Below are positions 48,983-57,389 of a stretch of 64,000 nt of DNA, in pieces. Under the pieces are notes generated by a model. It had not been told where the DNA came from. It saw only the letters and a program-made list of their open reading frames with translations, and did not search any database. This DNA comes from an uncultured virus (IMG/VR IMGVR_UViG_3300033806_000075). Its lineage: Duplodnaviria; Heunggongvirae; Uroviricota; Caudoviricetes. Each line of letters begins with the position of its first letter. Within the stretch, counting starts at the first letter, position 1. The position numbers were made by a program, and so were the translations under genes. The DNA is taken from the IMG/VR virus record IMGVR_UViG_3300033806_000075. One strand, 5' to 3'.

Positions 48983-50041
48983 ATGGCACACGAGCTGAAC
49001 GTGACGCATGGCAAGGTCAGCATGTTTTTCTACGGCGAGAAGCCATGGCATGGCCTGGGACAGGAGGCTCCAGAGCCGGTGAGGACCTGGGAAGAGATGT
49101 GCGATCTAGCCGGGCTTGGCTATGAGATCGAGCTGCAACCGCAGTACCTCGCCGACGGTCGCTGCACAGGGGCCTTTGCCACGGTTCGCAAGGATACAGG
49201 CCAGATTCTCGGGACCAGGCTATCGAGCGGCTACAAGCCGATCCAGAACATCGAGTCGTTCAACTTCCTGAACTCGGTAGTTGCCGAGAGCGGGATCGAG
49301 TTTCACACCGCCGGGGCACTGGGAGCCGGCGAGCGGGTCTGGCTCATGGCGCGGATCCCCGGGAACATCCGCCTGGGCGAGGGCACGGACCCCGATGAGG
49401 TCGAGAAGAACTTGCTCCTCTACAACACCCATAATGGCAGCAAGGCCATGTGCTGCTTCTGGACGCCGGTCCGAGTGGTCTGTGCCAACACGGTCCGTGC
49501 AGCCCTCTTAGGCCGAGGCGGCGAAGGGATCGTCATCCGCCATACCGGGGAGATTGACAGCAAGATCCAGGAGGCCCAGCGGCTGCTCGGCCTGGGCGTG
49601 CGTTACTACGAGGTGATCGAGCCGCTATTGCATCGCATGGCAGAGACCAAGCTCACCATTGCTCAGGCAAGGGCCTACTTTACATCGCTCTATCCAGACC
49701 CGGACAAGGACGGCGAAAAGAGCCGGCGAGGGGAGACGCTCCAGGCGGCACGTGGTCTGATGGAGCAGCTCTTTGATGGGCGCGGCATCGGACTCGACTC
49801 ACCTGCCACCCGGCATACGGTATGGGCCGCCTACAACGCAGTGACTGAGTACACCGATCATTTTACCGCCGTGTACGGCAAGGCTCCCAAGCCACCGGTT
49901 CGTTCTGACATTGGCCAGGCTGCTCGGCTCGAACGGATCTGGTTCGGCGACCTCTGCCAGGAGAAACAGGCGGCGTTCGAGGGGGCCTGCGAGCTGATTG
50001 GCGCTGACATGCCGGGAGTTGGCAAGATCGAGCTGAATTGA
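48983..50041 (+). CDS. DUF932 / TIGR03299-like phage-plasmid protein
   Basis: AGGAGG RBS; MAHEL, PWHGLG, Y.PIQN.E.F.F, TAGAL..GERVW, TPVRVVCANT, T.WAAYNAVTEY.DH. Confidence 0.9.
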   Translation: MAHELNVTHGKVSMFFYGEKPWHGLGQEAPEPVRTWEEMCDLAGLGYEIELQPQYLADGRCTGAFATVRKDTGQILGTRLSSGYKPIQNIESFNFLNSVVAESGIEFHTAGALGAGERVWLMARIPGNIRLGEGTDPDEVEKNLLLYNTHNGSKAMCCFWTPVRVVCANTVRAALLGRGGEGIVIRHTGEIDSKIQEAQRLLGLGVRYYEVIEPLLHRMAETKLTIAQARAYFTSLYPDPDKDGEKSRRGETLQAARGLMEQLFDGRGIGLDSPATRHTVWAAYNAVTEYTDHFTAVYGKAPKPPVRSDIGQAARLERIWFGDLCQEKQAAFEGACELIGADMPGVGKIELN

Positions 50042-50130
50042 CCATCCTGATCGGGCGCCTCGGCACCAAGGTACCAAGGTGCTTCCTAACCAGGGGCCAT
50101 AGGAGGCCCCGTAACTCGAAGGAGCATCTC

Positions 50131-50451
50131 ATGAGCATTGATTTTTCGTCCCTGATTCGCGCCGCAATCAGGCGGCGCGACGAAGCAGAAGCCGAGCTTC
50201 AGGCCCTGCTGCGTGCCCAGCAGGCGCACGAGGCCGAGCTGCTCGCGCGGACCGAGGCTAGCGAGCGGGCGTGGGCCGGACTGCGACAGCATGAACTGGC
50301 GCTCGTCGGGGCCAGCCCTACAGCATCCGCACCTGCGGCCGATGATCACTGGGCGGCGCGGACGAATGGGCATACTTCACTGCCGCTAGAGGGTCCGGTG
50401 CCAGTCGAACAGTCGGACCGGCGCGTGAAACCGGTCCGCAAAACGCAGTGA
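50131..50451 (+). CDS. Hypothetical coiled-coil protein
   Basis: AAGGAG RBS. Confidence 0.6.
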   Translation: MSIDFSSLIRAAIRRRDEAEAELQALLRAQQAHEAELLARTEASERAWAGLRQHELALVGASPTASAPAADDHWAARTNGHTSLPLEGPVPVEQSDRRVKPVRKTQ

Positions 50452-50482
50452 TTCCATGACCAGGGTCTGAGGAGACCCCATG

Positions 50483-50601
50483 CCCGCGCTCGCCTGAAAC
50501 AACGGCCGGCGCGGGGATCAGCCCCTCATTGTGGGGGGCTGGAAGGCGGGGAGTCCAGGAGCCGTAATCTCCTGGGCTCCCCTGAACACCCGAGTAAGGA
50601 G
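50483..50601 (+). promoter_or_regulatory. Three-hairpin structured leader, copy A
   Basis: 12/10/14-bp stems that covary with copy B. Confidence 0.7.
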
Positions 50602-50610
50602 TCTACCCGG

Positions 50611-50973
50611 ATGTCTATCATCCAGCGTACTTCGTCCGTACCGCGCCGCCAGAGAGTCGCACAATTTGACCTCAAACTCTGCGACTTGGAAGAGCGGGTA
50701 CCGCTCAGTACCGTAGTTAGCCCTCTGGTGGCAGCGCCGATTGCTGCGCCGCCATCGGTAGTCAGTCCTGATCCCCTTCCAACTCTTCCTAACAACGTAT
50801 TCGCTCACCAGGCGTTTCCGGATCTGCCGGATAATGTGTTCGCGCCAGATCCCGATGACCCGTTCGATCCCAATTGGAATGCGCCGTGGATGGAAACCCC
50901 TGAGCAGACGCAGCTTCCACCGATCTACCTGCCACCCCCTCTCGGACCGACAATCCCGAACGACACCCCCTGA
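50611..50973 (+). CDS. Small LExRxLS (Planc_extracel/LEPR-XLL-like) protein 1
   Basis: AAGGAG RBS; RRQR...LKLCDLEERVPLS, then a Pro/Asp-rich tail. Confidence 0.7.
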   Translation: MSIIQRTSSVPRRQRVAQFDLKLCDLEERVPLSTVVSPLVAAPIAAPPSVVSPDPLPTLPNNVFAHQAFPDLPDNVFAPDPDDPFDPNWNAPWMETPEQTQLPPIYLPPPLGPTIPNDTP

Positions 50974-50992
50974 TATGTCTTCTTGCTGCTTG

Positions 50993-51111
50993 TCCGCGAC
51001 AGCATGAAATGATGGCTGTCGCGGGAATCGCGATCCCACGGTGGGATCGCGGCAAGGCGGGGCTGACCGGGATCGTGACTCCCTGTCAGCCCCTGACACC
51101 CGAGTGAGGAG
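50993..51111 (+). promoter_or_regulatory. Three-hairpin structured leader, copy B
   Basis: Same geometry as copy A, with different stem sequence. Confidence 0.7.
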
Positions 51112-51120
51112 TTTACGCGG

Positions 51121-51507
51121 ATGCTAACCTTCCAGCGTACTAGGTCCGTACCCCGATACCAGAGGAGACGATTCCCTGATCTAACGCTTTGCGCCCTGGA
51201 GCAGCGGCTATCGCTCAGTGCGGCGACCGCCCAGCCAGCCGCAGTTATTCCACCAGTACCAACCTTAGTTCAGGTGCCGGTGGGGACCGGCCATTGTATC
51301 TGGCCGCTCTATAACACCGACCGTGCAAACTGGCCCGCTGGTGACGGCCACAATCTGCCGGGCTTTGAAACAGACCCGGGTGATCTTCCACCCTCGAATG
51401 AGCAGGGGCTGATCATGGGCGATCCGATGGACCCGGCGAACCCGGGCCCAACGCAGCCGCCGACAATGCCGAGTCCCATGGAGCCTAATGCAATGCTCCT
51501 TGGCTAA
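51121..51507 (+). CDS. Small LExRxLS protein 2
   Basis: GAGGAG RBS; QRRR...LTLCALEQRLSLS, then a Pro-rich tail. Confidence 0.7.
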   Translation: MLTFQRTRSVPRYQRRRFPDLTLCALEQRLSLSAATAQPAAVIPPVPTLVQVPVGTGHCIWPLYNTDRANWPAGDGHNLPGFETDPGDLPPSNEQGLIMGDPMDPANPGPTQPPTMPSPMEPNAMLLG

Positions 51508-51896
51508 GCCGTAAGACACCGGCCGGGCGGTCCGGTCGGGACCCGGCCCGGGCTCTTGCCATCTCACCCGGGCCGGGAAAGACAAGAGCCCCGAGCGTGC
51601 GGTCAACACGCTCGTGGATCTGGAAGGGCACATCCCCAACCGAAGAGGATGCAATGGCTACTGTACCTGAATCCGCCACCATCGTAAAAGAGCACGCAAT
51701 ATCCAGGCGAGTCGCCAGACTCCGCCCGCTCAAGCAGTTCTTTGGCGAGTACGGCGTCCCGCTCGCCGTGCTCGATCTAATCCTGCCGCCGGTTCCATGC
51801 CGACGTACGAGACTGCGCAGTCGCAGGCTTGCCCGGGGTCAGAGCGATCTGCCGAATCGCAGTTTTCGCTAGACCGCTGTCTAACGGAGGTGAATC

Positions 51897-52112
51897 ATGA
51901 ACAATGGAGTTTTTAAGCCGTCTCAGAGCCTACCCAATTACGCCCATGACGTAGGCGCCGCAGCTGGCCGCGACACGAACGATCCGCATGTGCTGATAGA
52001 TATCTTCCATCGCGCTGGCATCAAACCTGGCACTCCGTCCTGGAGCGATGCCGCCAGGGCAGCCCGCGAGGCGTGGGCATCGAAGCCCAAAGGGGAGAAT
52101 GGCCATGCCTGA
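51897..52112 (+). CDS. Hypothetical protein
   Basis: GGAGG RBS. Confidence 0.6.
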   Translation: MNNGVFKPSQSLPNYAHDVGAAAGRDTNDPHVLIDIFHRAGIKPGTPSWSDAARAAREAWASKPKGENGHA

Positions 52113-52437
52113 TCCACTGCGACCCGCGACTGAGGCCGAGGAGCTGAGCTACCGCATTCGCAAGGCCAACCTCGCCTTGGCAACGTTCATCAATCCAGAT
52201 GATGCCGTCGGAGATTGCCAATTCACCTGTGCCGAATGCGGCCTTCAATGGCTGCTTGACGATCTCAGCAATCAGTTCGAGACACGGCTAATCTGCACGG
52301 ACTGCTCACGCGAGAAGTGCTACGGACTGCATCAGGATCTTCGATCGGTGCTTATCGCGTGGGAAGGCCAACAGGGGGAGGGCGATCGGCTGGCCGATCT
52401 GCTCGCCTACGCCAAATCCCTTTCGCCTCCGCAGTAA
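52105..52437 (+). CDS. Hypothetical Zn-finger protein
   Basis: CAECG...CTDC. Confidence 0.55.
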   Translation: MPDPLRPATEAEELSYRIRKANLALATFINPDDAVGDCQFTCAECGLQWLLDDLSNQFETRLICTDCSREKCYGLHQDLRSVLIAWEGQQGEGDRLADLLAYAKSLSPPQ

Positions 52438-52778
52438 CCCGCACAACCCGCAGGGTAGGGGAGGGGCGGCAGCTCCTGCCGGGCGGCAATCGACACTACC
52501 GCCGGAGATTGTGCGAATGGCCGGTTTTACCGTCAATTGGAGCTGGTCCATGAGTTTGCTTTGGAGTCCAAGCCAGGCTGTAGACGTCCATCCGGTAATA
52601 CCGACCGACGCCGGCTGGCATCTCAAGCACGATGTGCGCGAGATCCTGGAGAGCGGCGACCGCGAGTTGATCGCTCTAGCCGAGAGCGCTCTCTGGGATC
52701 TGCTGCTCGAGCGACGGATGCAGCGAAAGGGCCGGCCCGAACCAGAATTGGCTTGAGATAGCCTAGAAAGAGGAGACC

Positions 52779-53006
52779 ATGAGCGACCAAGACGTGAAGC
52801 TTCGGGCTGTGCTACGAGCGGCATTCCGCGCGACCCATCGCTACCTGTTTGATGGTTTCGCCGACAGCGCCAAAGCTGAAGCCAGAATGACCGCGCTTGC
52901 GATTGCGGTCGAGGATGCGATCCACACCCTCTCCGATGCCGAACGGCAGGATCTGCTCGACGTGCTTGGAGAAGAAGTTCTCCAAATGGAGAGGAGGCCG
53001 ACCTGA
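52779..53006 (+). CDS. Hypothetical protein
   Basis: AGGAG RBS. Confidence 0.6.
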   Translation: MSDQDVKLRAVLRAAFRATHRYLFDGFADSAKAEARMTALAIAVEDAIHTLSDAERQDLLDVLGEEVLQMERRPT

Positions 53007-53020
53007 GCCTTATTGTACTT

Positions 53021-53070
53021 AAGTATCATTGCGCCGAGCGCAATGATACTTTCGAGCCCCAAAGTATCAT
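53021..53070. promoter_or_regulatory. Triple AAGTATCAT inverted-repeat site
   Basis: Perfect 14-bp IR at 53021-53051, overlapping a 10-bp IR at 53043-53070. Confidence 0.6.
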
Positions 53071-53259
53071 AAGGAGCCCGTCCGGTTGTGCCGCACGGAC
53101 GGGCCCTGTAGGTGAGAGTAGAGAGATGACTGAACTATCCCGAGACCAATCAGGAGAGTTCGATGAACACTGTAACCCCTGGTGTGCGCATTGTGAAGGC
53201 CCCGCGGCCCTGGCCGCGACCGAGGCCGAGGCCGGACGAAGACCTAGAACCGTGGAGAA

Positions 53260-53595
53260 ATGAGCGTGCCAAAGGACGTTGAGGTGAAGCCCAAGCTGTC
53301 GACCGAGCACTACCTGCAGCTTGGCAATGCGACCATCGCTGTGTCATGGATCCGCTGCGTCCAGGTACTGAATGCAATGCAGAGCTGCCCTCCAACGCTT
53401 TGCGGTCATTCAGGCGTCCTGATCACGCTGCAGGATGGTAACAAGTTCACGGAGCCGACACCAACACTCGAGGAAGCCTATCGGCTTCGACAGAAGATCG
53501 ACTTCGCTCTCGGATTCGTCGGCGCCGCGATGCTAAAGACTAAAGAATCGTCGGTTGATCCACCGGAACCATTTTCCGAGGGCGAAATTCGATGA
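53260..53595 (+). CDS. Hypothetical protein
   Basis: GGAG RBS; coupled to the next ORF. Confidence 0.55.
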   Translation: MSVPKDVEVKPKLSTEHYLQLGNATIAVSWIRCVQVLNAMQSCPPTLCGHSGVLITLQDGNKFTEPTPTLEEAYRLRQKIDFALGFVGAAMLKTKESSVDPPEPFSEGEIR

Positions 53596-53813
53596 TCCGC
53601 GTTGGAGACAAGGTCAAACTGCTGCACGGCGGTATCCCAGGGTCTGGCTCGCTCAATACGGAATTCCTCGACGCGGAGGGCTACACTGGCGAGTGTGTCC
53701 CCGTCATAGCCGTCGAAGGCAAGTACGCCATAGTGCAACTCCCGAGCGGCTACAAACTGGAAATCACTGAGCGAGATGTTCTCAAGACTGACAATGATCC
53801 ACTGCAACCATGA
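53592..53813 (+). CDS. Small SH3/KOW-like protein
   Basis: IRVGDKVKL...VIAVEGKYAIVQ. Confidence 0.55.
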   Translation: MIRVGDKVKLLHGGIPGSGSLNTEFLDAEGYTGECVPVIAVEGKYAIVQLPSGYKLEITERDVLKTDNDPLQP

Positions 53814-53970
53814 TCCCTGCAGCGACTGTCCCGGGCATCTCATTACCCTGACGCATCTGCAACGTCGCGGTGGCGTGTATCGTGTGTGGCGATGCGACCT
53901 CTGCGGCCGAACCAATGAGCCCCGAGTACTTCGCGAAGAGGCTCGGGCCAAACAGACAGGAGCAATCGAC

Positions 53971-54594
53971 ATGTCAGCAGTCGACGTATATCCAATCTTT
54001 ATCGACTTGGCCAGGCCGTTTCGAGCTGAGGAGGTCAAGAGCAGATCGCAAGCCGGACGGACCTTCAAATACATCACAGCTCGGACCGTGATGAACCGCC
54101 TCGATGATGGGGTCGGTCCTGGCAACTGGTGGGATGACTACGTCCCGCTGGAACATTCGGTCATCTGCCGGCTCACGATCCAGCTCCCTGACGGTCGTAC
54201 CGTCACCAAGTGTGACGCCGGGGGCTACGCTGGTCTTCCAGATGAAGGCGACGATGACAAAAGTGCGTTCTCGGACGCCTTCAAGCGAGCCGCGGTCAAG
54301 TTTGGCATCGGCCGCTACCTATACAACGACGGCGTGCCGAGCTGGGCAGAGCCAGAAGCAAAGGCCAATCCCAATCCTGCCGCGCCGGTGATCGAGGCCG
54401 AGACGCCCGGGCAAACGCTGGCCAAGTGGGCAGCGCGGAATCCCGATGCCCTAGATTTTCTAACCCGCGTTGGCAGTGACCTGGGCTTCCCGAAGGCTTT
54501 GAATACCTGGAACCAGGAACAGTGCGAGAAGGCCAGCAATGAGTGGCATAAAGTGAAGCGAGCGCGGCGAGCCCAGGAGGCCAGTGCAAACTGA
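53971..54594 (+). CDS. Rad52/Sak-family single-strand annealing protein
   Basis: YITARTVMNRLD..VGP.NW, VTKCDAG, KSAFSDAFKRAAVKFGIGRYLY. AGGAG RBS before 53971; the frame is also open upstream through a Zn-ribbon segment. Confidence 0.9.
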   Translation: MSAVDVYPIFIDLARPFRAEEVKSRSQAGRTFKYITARTVMNRLDDGVGPGNWWDDYVPLEHSVICRLTIQLPDGRTVTKCDAGGYAGLPDEGDDDKSAFSDAFKRAAVKFGIGRYLYNDGVPSWAEPEAKANPNPAAPVIEAETPGQTLAKWAARNPDALDFLTRVGSDLGFPKALNTWNQEQCEKASNEWHKVKRARRAQEASAN

Positions 54595-54606
54595 GAGGGA
54601 GCCAAC

Positions 54607-54873
54607 ATGCCAACGATCAGGCACATCACATTCCTGGAGTACCCTACGGCTGAAATTGCAACGTACACGGGTGAAACACCAAGCCTACGCTGGCTAGATT
54701 TGGGCCGTCCCTTTCGCGTACCTCGCGACGTCTGGGACCGCGCCAAGCCGGTGAAGACATGGAAGATGTCGACCGGGGAATCGCCGGTGCACGGACAGGT
54801 GCGAATCCTTGCTGACCAGGATGCTGACTGGTGTCTTGCGCCTGGCCGGCCCTGCCGATTGGTCTGGGGCTGA
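54607..54873 (+). CDS. Hypothetical protein
   Basis: GGGAG RBS. Confidence 0.55.
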   Translation: MPTIRHITFLEYPTAEIATYTGETPSLRWLDLGRPFRVPRDVWDRAKPVKTWKMSTGESPVHGQVRILADQDADWCLAPGRPCRLVWG

Positions 54874-55021
54874 TTTTACCGGTCCCCGCTTGCTTTGATA
54901 CTTGCTCCGTGATAAGGTCCGAAGAGTTTGCCTTAATCCTGGCCTGCAAGGGTCAGGAAGACTTCGCCGGCCGCGAGACAGTCGCCATACCGCCTCGCGA
55001 CGGATAGACCCAGGTTTACAG

Positions 55022-57319
55022 ATGACACATGCTTGTCTTGCATCAGGCGCTGTTGCGCCTCGATCAGTACCGTTGCGCGTCCACTCTCCGTGGGAGCAAG
55101 ACGTCCAAGCCTTTGGATTGATCCCGGCTTCCATCTGGGCAGAGCCAAAAATCTCCTTTCGCGCGAAGATCGTGCTCGGGGGCCTTGCAATTGCCGCGGC
55201 TGGCTCCCGCGATGGAGTTCGTGCATCCAAGCAAGATCTGGTAGGGCTGACCGGCTGTGATCTTCGAACCGTCAGCCGGGGATTGGCTGACCTGGCCAAA
55301 GCCAAAATCATCGAAATCGTGGAGATCGGGAGGCAGTTCCGCTTCCTCTTTTCGCTCAAAGGAGGCACACGTCAGGCGCACACCGTGCACACAGCGTGCG
55401 CGCAGCGTGCGCCTGGCATGCGCGCATTGGGAGTTCCCCCCCAGACCCCCCTATATGGAAGTAGAGAAAGAGAGAAAGACGAAGACGACGAGACGCCTGC
55501 GGCTAAAACCGTCGTCGTCGTGTCTTCCGAGATCACTAACAAGATAAGAGCCATTTGGCCGGACGAGTGCCTCGTCGAACGACGCGCCCAAGAGCTTGCC
55601 AGCAAGGGAGACGCCGAGGCTCTCCTGGCGATCGAATATGCGCAGCTCAAGAAAGCCAAGGGGCTGGTGTATGCAATCAAGACACGCGATCGCTGGTGGC
55701 GAGACGGCTATGACCTTGCCGATATCCAGGCGGAAGTCCAGGCGGTTCGACCAAAAGCCACGTCCGTCAGTGCTACGGTTCTCCCGACTCCGACGTCACT
55801 GGAAGAGCGTCAAAACGAGGCCGCGAACTTATTGGAGAGCCTCGAGAAGGGCGGCTGGTCAATTCGGCTCATGGCGAATGGTGAGTGTCAGTGGGACAAA
55901 CTGCGCGATAATGCGACATGGGATGAGGACATTGCCGGAAAGTTGAAACGACTGTACCGCAGCGAAGTGCTAGAGATACTGAGAGAAAGGACTAGCCGAC
56001 GGGGTGAGATAGCCAACGGGAATGGTAGCAGACTTGGAGACTCAGCGCATGAAAAAACCGCTGGGGATGCCAGTCGCCACCTTACACCCCCAGCGGCCCC
56101 AGGTTATTTCCGTTCGCAGCCATCGGTCCGTCAGCCTGAGCATAAGTTAAACCCATGTTCAGGTCAAGGAGCGACAGTACAAACGGCAGATAACCAGCGC
56201 GCCCGGCAGGATTCGAACCTGCAACCCTCGGATTCGAAGTCCGCGGGTTCCGAGCCTCCCGCCGAGCCTGGCAGTAGTCTGCCACCAGTACAAGACACAC
56301 CTTCACGTCGGCAAAATACCGCGGAAAACGCAAACGATCCCCTACAGCCCCGTGAAGATGCCGAGAAAAACCCGCGGATATCCAATCCGCAGGTTCTCCC
56401 CGTAGCAGACTTTGGTGCACCTTCGCACCAAATCCCGCAATCCGAGGAGAGCAATTCCGATGCGTCCCGCGTCCTGGAAGAAGCTGCGCGCCGAGATCCT
56501 GAGCCTGTACGAGCCACCACAGAGAGCTCCGGCGACTTACCGGGAGATGCGACAGATTTTCGACGAATTCCCGGCACAAAAGGTCCGCGACCTGAGCCCA
56601 CCAAAGATCGCCGAGTGGATCAAGACGCATCCGGATCGCAGCCCGGCCAGGACAGCAAGCCTACTGCGATGCTTGGCCGTGATTGCCCGGTACGCGGTCC
56701 AGGCGAGGTACCTGGCGCGCGACCCATTCGAGTTCCGGGCCCCATCGAAGTGGGTACGGATGGACTCCCGACCGAGTACCCGCAGGATACTCCACCGGTC
56801 ACCGGAGCAGATCGGCCGACTACTGGACCTCCTGGATCGGGAGGCAGCGGAAGGAGGCTGGAAGGAGGGCCGGCTCCAGGCCATGGGGTACACATTTGCC
56901 TACACGGGGCTGCGGGCGAAGGAGGGATTAACGCTCGAGCGCAGCGACATCGATCTGGTAGCCCGTACGCTTACGATCCAGCCGAAGGAAGACTGGCGGC
57001 CCAAGACCCTCAGGTCGGCCCGCACTCTCCCGTTAGCCCTGCCGCTCCTCGATGTCCTGCGCCTCTGGATGCCCCGTACCGGATGCCAGTGGGTTTTCCC
57101 GGGTGTCCGGCTCTTGGGACCGTGGACGGGCGGGCCGCCGGGCGGAAAGGCGGTTCACGCCATGGAGGCGGCGGGGGAGCGGGCGGGCATCGGCCCGATA
57201 CCCTTCCTGGGGTTTCGCAAAACGTTCGGGACGGTGGCAGGGACTTGGGGTTTGGTTCCACAGGACGTGCAAACCATCTTTGGTCACACGCGCGTGGAGA
57301 CCCAGATGCACTACCGTGA
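55022..57319 (+). CDS. Putative replication initiator (N-terminal wHTH); frame reads through attP and overlaps the integrase
   Basis: KISFRAKIVL...SKQDLVGLTGCDLRTVSRGLADL.KAKII. Protein-like to ~56000; the true start and the reality of the C-terminal part are uncertain. Confidence 0.55.
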   Translation: MTHACLASGAVAPRSVPLRVHSPWEQDVQAFGLIPASIWAEPKISFRAKIVLGGLAIAAAGSRDGVRASKQDLVGLTGCDLRTVSRGLADLAKAKIIEIVEIGRQFRFLFSLKGGTRQAHTVHTACAQRAPGMRALGVPPQTPLYGSREREKDEDDETPAAKTVVVVSSEITNKIRAIWPDECLVERRAQELASKGDAEALLAIEYAQLKKAKGLVYAIKTRDRWWRDGYDLADIQAEVQAVRPKATSVSATVLPTPTSLEERQNEAANLLESLEKGGWSIRLMANGECQWDKLRDNATWDEDIAGKLKRLYRSEVLEILRERTSRRGEIANGNGSRLGDSAHEKTAGDASRHLTPPAAPGYFRSQPSVRQPEHKLNPCSGQGATVQTADNQRARQDSNLQPSDSKSAGSEPPAEPGSSLPPVQDTPSRRQNTAENANDPLQPREDAEKNPRISNPQVLPVADFGAPSHQIPQSEESNSDASRVLEEAARRDPEPVRATTESSGDLPGDATDFRRIPGTKGPRPEPTKDRRVDQDASGSQPGQDSKPTAMLGRDCPVRGPGEVPGARPIRVPGPIEVGTDGLPTEYPQDTPPVTGADRPTTGPPGSGGSGRRLEGGPAPGHGVHICLHGAAGEGGINARAQRHRSGSPYAYDPAEGRLAAQDPQVGPHSPVSPAAPRCPAPLDAPYRMPVGFPGCPALGTVDGRAAGRKGGSRHGGGGGAGGHRPDTLPGVSQNVRDGGRDLGFGSTGRANHLWSHARGDPDALP
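56052..56096 (-). terminator. Terminator downstream of the tRNA fragment (minus strand)
   Basis: CCGCTGGGG/CCCCAGCGG stem followed by T6 on the minus strand. Confidence 0.6.
56198..56249 (-). other. attP core: 3' half of tRNA-Arg(TCG)
   Basis: Minus strand reads CGGA-CTTCGAA-TCCG AGGGTT GCAGG-TTCGAAT-CCTGC CGGGCGC G; no 5' half; ~200 bp from the integrase. Confidence 0.85.
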
Positions 57320-57389
57320 GCCCGATACCGAGCAGCTCCGCCCTGCAATGGACCGAATCTATTTTCCCCGAGCGAGAGGAGCAGGTTGA
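56460..57389 (+). CDS. int: Tyrosine integrase (core-binding + catalytic domains, no obvious arm-binding domain)
   Basis: GAGGAG RBS; YTGLR..E, KT...R..PL, LGFRKTF (atypical HxxR), FGHT, TQMHY. Confidence 0.9.
   Translation: MRPASWKKLRAEILSLYEPPQRAPATYREMRQIFDEFPAQKVRDLSPPKIAEWIKTHPDRSPARTASLLRCLAVIARYAVQARYLARDPFEFRAPSKWVRMDSRPSTRRILHRSPEQIGRLLDLLDREAAEGGWKEGRLQAMGYTFAYTGLRAKEGLTLERSDIDLVARTLTIQPKEDWRPKTLRSARTLPLALPLLDVLRLWMPRTGCQWVFPGVRLLGPWTGGPPGGKAVHAMEAAGERAGIGPIPFLGFRKTFGTVAGTWGLVPQDVQTIFGHTRVETQMHYREPDTEQLRPAMDRIYFPRARGAG

Noticed and set aside
56198..56243. Complete tRNA-Arg gene
   Set aside because: Only the anticodon arm, T arm and 3' acceptor strand are present; no D arm or 5' strand. 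Treated as attP.
56460..57319. A genuine 290-aa overprinted protein on the integrase
   Set aside because: The translation is Pro/Gly/Arg low-complexity and lies in the frame where stops are rare in GC3-rich genes; not accepted as a functional domain.
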